NCBI GenBank assembly: GCA_965203175.1
Contig: OZ241867.1
Coordinates: 3,328,001 to 3,392,000 of the forward strand
Reading direction: 5' to 3'
DNA length: 64,000 nt
Source of the DNA: Candidatus Latescibacterota bacterium
Lineage (GTDB): Bacteria > Latescibacterota > UBA2968 > UBA8231
The translations under genes and the position numbers were made by a program. Below are positions 58,534 to 64,000 of this stretch, piece after piece (the stretch's first letter is position 1; each line of letters opens with the position of its first letter). The notes beneath the pieces were generated by a model that did not search any database, was not told the origin of the DNA, and saw only the letters and a program-made list of their open reading frames with translations.

Positions 58534-59697
58534 ATGCTTACGGAACGCATCGTGCGAGACGCGAAACCAGACGGCCAAAAGGTGCGGATTTTGTGGGATA
58601 GCCAAGTCAAGGGGCTTGGCCTCAGAGTCAGCACGGCGGGCACCAAGGCGTATGTCTTGAGCTATAGAATCAACGGGCGCAAACGCATAGCGACCCTTGC
58701 CCGCGCTTCGGAAATCAGCCTGAAGCGAGTACGCGAACTGGCAGGGGATCAACTGGTACGTATTCGGATGGGGGAGCTTGACCCGCTGGCCAATCGGCAA
58801 GAGGCCCAACAAGCTCCAACAGTGGCCGATGGACTGCGCCGGTTCTTCGACGAGTTTGTCCCGGCACGTATAGAAATGGGCCGCTTGAGTCCGCGCACTG
58901 TGACGGACTACCGCAAGCAGGCGCGGAGGTATATTGAGTCGTTGGGCAAACTCAAAATTGGCGAGGTTACAAGGGATCACGTAGAGCGGATGGTTGCCCC
59001 CCTGCCCAAGGTACAACGCAATCGGACGCTGGCGTTTTGCTCACGGCTTTTTAACCAGTTCGAGCGTTGGGACTTGCGACCACAGTATTCCAATCCTTGC
59101 CGTGGCATTGAGCGGACAAGAGAGACGCCCCGCGACCGGGTACTGTCGCCGTCCGAACTGGCCGCACTCGCCAAGGCGCTGAACCAGCACGAAGAACAAT
59201 ACCCCGCGTCTGTGGCAGCGATCCGAGTGGCGGCACTGACCGGGCTGCGGATCGGGGAGGTTTTGGGCATCCAATGGAACCACATCGACTTTGAGACGGG
59301 GCGGCTGACACTGCCGGAGACGAAGACCGGGCGGCGGGGCCATGACCTTCCAGCGCCAGCACTCGCGCTTCTTGCCGAGCTTCCCCGGTTTAGTACATGG
59401 GTGTTCACTACAACGGGAACGGCACCAACCACCTATCGCACGGTGCGGACCCACTTTGCCAAGATCGCCGCTGCTGCTGGTATAGAGGAAGTGAGACTGC
59501 ATGACCTGCGGCGCACAGTGATGACACGGGCGGCCGCCTCGGGTGTTAGCACGCATGTCCTGCGCGACTTGCTCGGACACGAGACAACGGAGATGGCCGA
59601 CCGCTATATCCGTGCTGTTGGCGACCCGGTCCGCGCCGCCCGCGAGCAGGTCGGAGCCGAGATGGCCGCCCTGATGTGGAGCAGCGAGGACGGCTAG
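58534..59697 (+). CDS. Tyrosine recombinase/integrase with Arm DNA-binding domain
   Basis: WD..KGLGLRV..G.K; catalytic TGLRIGE, TKTG, HDLRR, LLGH, RY. Confidence 0.95.
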   Translation: MLTERIVRDAKPDGQKVRILWDSQVKGLGLRVSTAGTKAYVLSYRINGRKRIATLARASEISLKRVRELAGDQLVRIRMGELDPLANRQEAQQAPTVADGLRRFFDEFVPARIEMGRLSPRTVTDYRKQARRYIESLGKLKIGEVTRDHVERMVAPLPKVQRNRTLAFCSRLFNQFERWDLRPQYSNPCRGIERTRETPRDRVLSPSELAALAKALNQHEEQYPASVAAIRVAALTGLRIGEVLGIQWNHIDFETGRLTLPETKTGRRGHDLPAPALALLAELPRFSTWVFTTTGTAPTTYRTVRTHFAKIAAAAGIEEVRLHDLRRTVMTRAAASGVSTHVLRDLLGHETTEMADRYIRAVGDPVRAAREQVGAEMAALMWSSEDG

Positions 59698-60052
59698 GTT
59701 GTGTCGATAGGGTGTCGTCTTGGTTGATCCTGGAGGCTATGCCCCCTTCAAGCGGGGCGAAAAGTGTCTGTTGACCAAAAAATCTGCGGCTTGACTTTCA
59801 AACTAGCCCACTTCCCGAAAAACCTTTGTGGGCTAGTTTATTGCAGGACAAGAAGTTGGCACAGTTTTTGCCAAGGGGAACTTTACATATTGACATTTTT
59901 GGGGCGAAATCGGGAAAGTGATAATTATTCGTTTTGAAATGGAACTTGACTGAGTTTTTTTCTTTGCTTTGTGGGCTAGTGTTTTCAAATATCGTTGTGG
60001 TTCTTTAGAAATAGTCTCATAAAATCCCCTTTTTTTAATCCTTGGTTCTCTA

Positions 60053-60984
60053 AGAAGCCGTCTGAAAACCCTTGCTGTGGTCTGAATTTGAAACGGCGTA
60101 CTCATCGGGCCATATTCAGGTTTCACGACAAAATCTGAATAGAAAGGCTCTTATGATGAGTACGCCGCGAATGCAATATGCTACCGATGTAACCGATGCG
60201 CAATGGCAGCGGATCGAACCGTTACTGCCGGCTCCGAGGTGGTGGCCGAACGGTCCGGGTCGGCCCCCGCGGGATCGCCGCCAGATGGTCAATGGCCTTT
60301 TGTATTTGACCAAGACGGGGTGTCCTTGGGCGTTGTTGCCTATTTGTTTTGGGCCGTGGAAAACCGTGTATGATTACTTTCGTCGCTGGACGCTCCAAGG
60401 GGTCTGGCCGCAGGTGTTGGATCAACTCAGCCAACGGGAACGTCGCCGACAAGGCCGGGTATCCACGCCGTCGGCAGGCTGTATCGACAGTCAGACAATT
60501 AAGACGGCAACCCAAGGTAAAACAACCGGATATGACGCCGGCAAAAAGATTCAAGGACGCAAGCGGCATCTGTTGGTTGACACCTCGGGCTTGCTTAGAC
60601 AGGTGGTGGTTACCGCCGCCGATGTCGACGACCGCGACGGCCTAAAGCAGGTGTTGACCCGCTATAGTACCCCCGACGTACCCCGCTTGCGCAAACTGTG
60701 GGTCGATGGGGGCTACCAAGGTGAGGCGATCCGAACGTGGGTAGCCGACATAAAAAAGACGCACAAGATTGACTTGGAAGTCGTCGCCAAACAAGGCGGT
60801 GGATTTACCGTACTCAAACGGCGTTGGGTCGTTGAGCGTACGTTTGCGTGGTTGATGAATTTTCGTCGTCATGCGAGAGATTATGAGGTGTTGACCTGCC
60901 ATAGTGAGGCCTTGATTCAGATTGCCATGATCCACTTGATACTCAAACGGATCAAGTGAAAAATATAGTTTTCAGACGGCTTCT
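60053..60984 (+). mobile_element. IS5-family insertion sequence (932 bp)
   Basis: Perfect 17-bp TIRs AGAAGCCGTCTGAAAAC, TA target duplication. Confidence 0.92.
60153..60959 (+). CDS. IS5 family transposase
   Basis: Y.TDVTD.QW, TGCPW..LP..FGPW.TVY, IDSQ, GRKRH..VD, DGGY, RWVVERTFAW. Confidence 0.95.
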   Translation: MMSTPRMQYATDVTDAQWQRIEPLLPAPRWWPNGPGRPPRDRRQMVNGLLYLTKTGCPWALLPICFGPWKTVYDYFRRWTLQGVWPQVLDQLSQRERRRQGRVSTPSAGCIDSQTIKTATQGKTTGYDAGKKIQGRKRHLLVDTSGLLRQVVVTAADVDDRDGLKQVLTRYSTPDVPRLRKLWVDGGYQGEAIRTWVADIKKTHKIDLEVVAKQGGGFTVLKRRWVVERTFAWLMNFRRHARDYEVLTCHSEALIQIAMIHLILKRIK

Positions 60985-61049
60985 TAGAGGAAGGGCAGCG
61001 GGTAGAAGTAGAAGACACGGCAATTTACCCCTAGAAAGGATGTTGACTG

Positions 61050-61292
61050 ATGCCTTCCGTATCTAATATAGTTCCGCCGATCCGTCCCGGCCAGTACACA
61101 CCGCTTTCCTCTGACCGCTTTACCCCCGCTGATCCAGACGCTTTCACGCCTACACCCGAGGGTAGTTTCCGGCCGATTCAGGGAGAGTTGGAGCCTGTGC
61201 CCGAGGGGAGCTTTAAGAAGATTGAGGGCGGATTTACGCCGCTGGAGGAGATACCGTTAGAGCAGCGTTACTTGAGAGTTTGGGAGGGATAG
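61050..61292 (+). CDS. Hypothetical 80-aa Pro-rich protein with short internal repeats
   Basis: AGAAAGGA RBS; repeated (F/Y)TP and PEGSF. Confidence 0.55.
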   Translation: MPSVSNIVPPIRPGQYTPLSSDRFTPADPDAFTPTPEGSFRPIQGELEPVPEGSFKKIEGGFTPLEEIPLEQRYLRVWEG

Positions 61293-61305
61293 AACAGCTT
61301 TAATT

Positions 61306-61497
61306 CTAAGGTCCTTGAGCCTGAATCCTGTCAGCGATAGCCCTTAAATCTCTTGCTGCACTACTATGTGAATTAAATCGCTGAAAAAATTGTTTTCTGT
61401 CTTTTGTTTGCCATAAAACAAGAATGTTTTTTTCCGACCTTTTTACTCCAACAAATTTAATCTCATTTTCTCTAAGGACTTGATTGGTCGAGGCCAT
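61306..61497 (-). CDS. Hypothetical 63-aa basic protein
   Basis: AGAAAGGA RBS before ATG 61497; upstream TTGACG-17-TATCGT promoter (61639-61667). Confidence 0.55.
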   Translation of the reverse strand: MASTNQVLRENEIKFVGVKRSEKNILVLWQTKDRKQFFQRFNSHSSAARDLRAIADRIQAQGP

Positions 61498-61672
61498 AGT
61501 ATAATCCTTTCTGTCTTCTGGACGATTCCAGGTAGGTCCGGGCCGATGGATAAATTTTCTCGGCGGGGGAAAGGCCCTGCTCGAACTGATGAGCGAGGGC
61601 CTTTCCTTTTTCGCGTTGCTACGCTTTCCATTGAGAGAACGATAACAGACCCCATTCGAGTCGTCAAGTTCT

Positions 61673-61720
61673 AAAAAAATAGCGATCTCCCGCATCTTCG
61701 TAGGAGGTCGCTTTTTTATT
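61673..61720. terminator. Bidirectional terminator-like hairpin
   Basis: A-run, agcgatctcc..ggaggtcgct stem, T-run. Confidence 0.7.
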
Positions 61721-61927
61721 TTTGGCGCTGGTCCTGTATATTTGGACCGATCTTTTTTTTAAGCCCAACAAAAAACCGAGGTTCCTGTTAGCAGGCAGAA
61801 ACCTCGGATTAACCAAAAGGACACTTCTCTATGTCTGAGATAAATATAGAGGGACTTGCCCTTTTCAGCAATCTGCTTCTTTCCCTCAAAAAGCCGCAGT
61901 ATCATCACTAGCGAAAGGACGAAGACC

Positions 61928-62596
61928 ATGTTGCGAATACTACTTGTAGGAACCTTGCTAGCCACGCCTTTGTCGGCCGATGATTTGGTTGGGGGGTGGA
62001 GTGTTTGGGACTCTGACGCAGGAGATGTTATTCTTGATCTGTACGACGACAGGACGTTCTATCTGGCTATATATCCATCGGAGTCGTTTTCTGAGGTTAT
62101 TGTCGATAACGTCCTCCGATTTTTTGTTCCCTATACTTTGGCCGAGCTAACTGACAGCGGAATGCGAGAGACGGTTGTACAGTATATAGAGATGAATGGC
62201 ACGTATTCCGGGGTAGGCGATACGTTGCAACTTCATCATCCAGAGGGAGCTATACACAACATCGACGGGCATGAGTTCAATACTTGGGAACTTGTGACCT
62301 TCTTGGCCTCTTCTATATTGGCAGGGGCGGATCTAGAGTTGAGCGATGGATATAAAGAGCATTTGATATTCCTCGCAGATGCCTATATGGTCGAAGTGAT
62401 GTTAGACGAAGCCTTGCTTACAACGAAGCTAGGATATGATCTAAGCGAAGGTGATTTGACCTCGCTGACACTGTACGGCCTAATGGGTAAAGAAGAGACG
62501 ACTTTGGATTGGCGAGGAACGCTGATAGAACGAACGGCGACGGGAGTGGAGGGAGCTACATGGGGTGAGATAAAATCGTCGTTGCCTTTCCGATAA
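61928..62596 (+). CDS. Exported hypothetical protein with C-terminal T.VE..TWG.IK motif
   Basis: AAAGGA RBS, signal peptide MLRILLVGTLLATPLSA, tail ATGVEGATWGEIKS. Confidence 0.7.
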   Translation: MLRILLVGTLLATPLSADDLVGGWSVWDSDAGDVILDLYDDRTFYLAIYPSESFSEVIVDNVLRFFVPYTLAELTDSGMRETVVQYIEMNGTYSGVGDTLQLHHPEGAIHNIDGHEFNTWELVTFLASSILAGADLELSDGYKEHLIFLADAYMVEVMLDEALLTTKLGYDLSEGDLTSLTLYGLMGKEETTLDWRGTLIERTATGVEGATWGEIKSSLPFR

Positions 62597-62602
62597 ACGA
62601 AG

Positions 62603-62640
62603 AAGTGGCCTCCTGCGAAGATGCAGGAGGCCGCTTTTTT
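62603..62640 (+). terminator. Intrinsic terminator
   Basis: ggcctcctgc-GAAGAT-gcaggaggcc stem plus T-run between convergent genes. Confidence 0.85.
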
Positions 62641-62666
62641 CTGCTCAAGTAAAAATCAAGTTCTTT

Positions 62667-63518
62667 TCAGAAGTCGTAAATGACGATTAGAACGTTGTGT
62701 TCGTAAACGACTTCTTCTACTCTGCCGTCGATCACGAAAAGAGTCACGAGCCATTCGCCGCTTTTGGTAGGTGAACCGGAATATGCCGGCCTGTTTGTCT
62801 GGAAAATTGTATCGTAATGCCAAGTGAAGTAAATTTCATCGGGGAGCGCGGTGTGTTCGTAGGAGGACCAGGGGAGCAGTTCAGGGGGGACGAAGGGGAG
62901 ATAGGTAAAGCTCTCGCCGATTCGGTTGCGAAAAGTTTCTATTTCTGGCTCTTCCTCTGGCGTCTCGTCCGGTTCTTCTTCCTCTGGCGTCTCGTCCGGT
63001 TCTTCTTCTGGTGGCGCTGCGGGAAAGGTGCCTTGGTAGACGGCCGAGGGAAACCCGTAGAGCGTTCGCTTGCCGCGCGACGTGCGGAACGGATAAGCTA
63101 CAAGCCCTAAGCTGTAAGCGGGTTCCGCTTGGTATCCTTCAAGTTCTCCGAGGCCAGCATTGTCAGGGTCAACCCATCGTTGAAGGCGAGTAGCTGGAAA
63201 TTTCTGCGGGACCCGGAGCCAACCGGAGGCCGTAGGATCGGCGGCGACCCATACGGTGTCGGATTCGATTAGAGCGATTCCGGCCGTGTCTGTGGCCGTA
63301 CATGCGCTGATAGCCTCACAACCCCCATGTGCTAGGTCATGGCCCCAACGGTCGCAGTAGGCCCGCCAGAAGGCTTGATCTCGACAATAGAGGGAGTCCG
63401 GGCCAACGGGGACTTCTCCAACTGTAATTTTTCCGCTGCTCAAAGGAGCTAGCGTCTTCGAGTCATCTATCCCGCAGGCAGACAACATCAAGCTCAAAAG
63501 AAAAAGCAGTTGTTGCAT
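62667..63518 (-). CDS. Hypothetical lipoprotein with acidic PEEEPDET repeats
   Basis: Lipobox LSAC; GGAAGG RBS; 27-bp repeat near 62944-63012. Confidence 0.7.
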   Translation of the reverse strand: MQQLLFLLSLMLSACGIDDSKTLAPLSSGKITVGEVPVGPDSLYCRDQAFWRAYCDRWGHDLAHGGCEAISACTATDTAGIALIESDTVWVAADPTASGWLRVPQKFPATRLQRWVDPDNAGLGELEGYQAEPAYSLGLVAYPFRTSRGKRTLYGFPSAVYQGTFPAAPPEEEPDETPEEEEPDETPEEEPEIETFRNRIGESFTYLPFVPPELLPWSSYEHTALPDEIYFTWHYDTIFQTNRPAYSGSPTKSGEWLVTLFVIDGRVEEVVYEHNVLIVIYDF

Positions 63519-63676
63519 AATTTTCCTTCCTAGTGTGGTGGAGACGCCGGCATTTTTGCCGGATTTTTCCAGGATAGTGCCGACGACTCGAATAGGCAGG
63601 GCATCGCATGGCTTGTACCCCTTCCTACCTTGCGCTGAGCCGCCGACACGTTAAAAGCGTTGTTTCGATAGGGTGT

Positions 63677-63886
63677 TTACTGGTGGGCTTCTTCGATCTC
63701 GTTTAGGAGGTCGGTGGTGGCCCTGGTGAGCATCTTTAGGAGAGTCTTTTCGTCTTGGCAGGAGAGTGTGATTCCTTCGCGGATCGGCGTTTTCCCGTCC
63801 TCTTCGATGCAGCCTTGAATCTCAATCTCTTTCGGGCTTTTTAGGACGAGGGCATCTAGGGTGAATCTCTGCGTTGAATTACTCAT
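63677..63886 (-). CDS. Hypothetical 69-aa protein
   Basis: ATG overlaps the stop of the upstream partial ORF (ATGAGTAA). Confidence 0.5.
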   Translation of the reverse strand: MSNSTQRFTLDALVLKSPKEIEIQGCIEEDGKTPIREGITLSCQDEKTLLKMLTRATTDLLNEIEEAHQ

Positions 63887-64000
63887 CAGTCTTTTTTTTA
63901 CCCGTTTTGTATTTCTTCGGCCGTTTGGGTTTCGGCCAGGCTTCATCCACCATGTCAAGGAGCCAGTCTAGGTCGTAGAGCTTGTCGGTGACGCCTGCGG
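63879..64000 (-). CDS. Partial CDS: C-terminus of an IS1-family-like transposase
   Basis: AGVTDKLYDLDWLLDMVDEAWPKPKRPKKYK..* resembles the (TPAMA)AGVTD..PK.R..YK tail. Confidence 0.55.
   Translation of the reverse strand, partial: AGVTDKLYDLDWLLDMVDEAWPKPKRPKKYKTGKKKTDE

Larger units (their letters stand above)
58235..64000. mobile_element. Integrative element at tRNA-Lys (continues beyond window)
   Basis: att fragment, AT-rich region with TGGTAA(C/T)AAA-like repeats, intact integrase, lower-GC orphan cargo, IS. Confidence 0.8.

Noticed and set aside
59833-60126. 97-aa minus-strand ORF
   Set aside because: Spans the IS5 left end into AT-rich sequence; likely chimeric and spurious.
61586-61620. 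Hammerhead ribozyme (CTGATGAG core)
   Set aside because: No GAAA after a stem II; the sequence is explained by a simple hairpin.

Overview
GC-rich bacterial chromosome segment. Gene content (sulfatase, BNR hydrolase, PhyH, CRTAC1, PorZ-like protein, FlgD/T9SS-type C-terminal domains, a TWGxIK tail) suggests an FCB-superphylum organism such as Ca. Latescibacterota; this is inference only. Layout: (1) 0.2-5.6 kb catabolic genes and an AAA_14 ATPase. (2) 5.7-10.4 kb blaI plus two tandem BlaR1/M56 paralogues with ExbD-like, helical-repeat and FlgD-like domains. (3) A RelE/XRE toxin-antitoxin pair. (4) 11.4-22.3 kb PhyH-UXS-DUF6807-RND efflux-CRTAC1 run. (5) Minus-strand core operon rlmB-lptD-dtd-maf-rodZ-priA-porZ-like-DUF4159. 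(6) 33-40 kb decaying defence/TA mosaic (AbiE, XRE-ImmA, DUF2188 pseudogene, TPR, SIR2, MNT, DUF2442/DUF4160). (7) Core genes mutS, rpsA, cmk, rluB, scpAB, HNH, gcvH, accBC, efp. (8) From 52 kb, two tandem islands bounded by 3' fragments of tRNA-Lys(CTT): one carries a beta-propeller sigma54 activator with a candidate enhancer, a -24/-12 promoter and TlpA/STAS targets; the other carries a tyrosine integrase, an IS5 element and orphan genes. The most notable observations are the self-contained propeller-bEBP regulon and a conserved internal SD+ATG in both M56 genes that could yield separately translated exported isoforms. No database searches were run; family calls rest on motif recognition.
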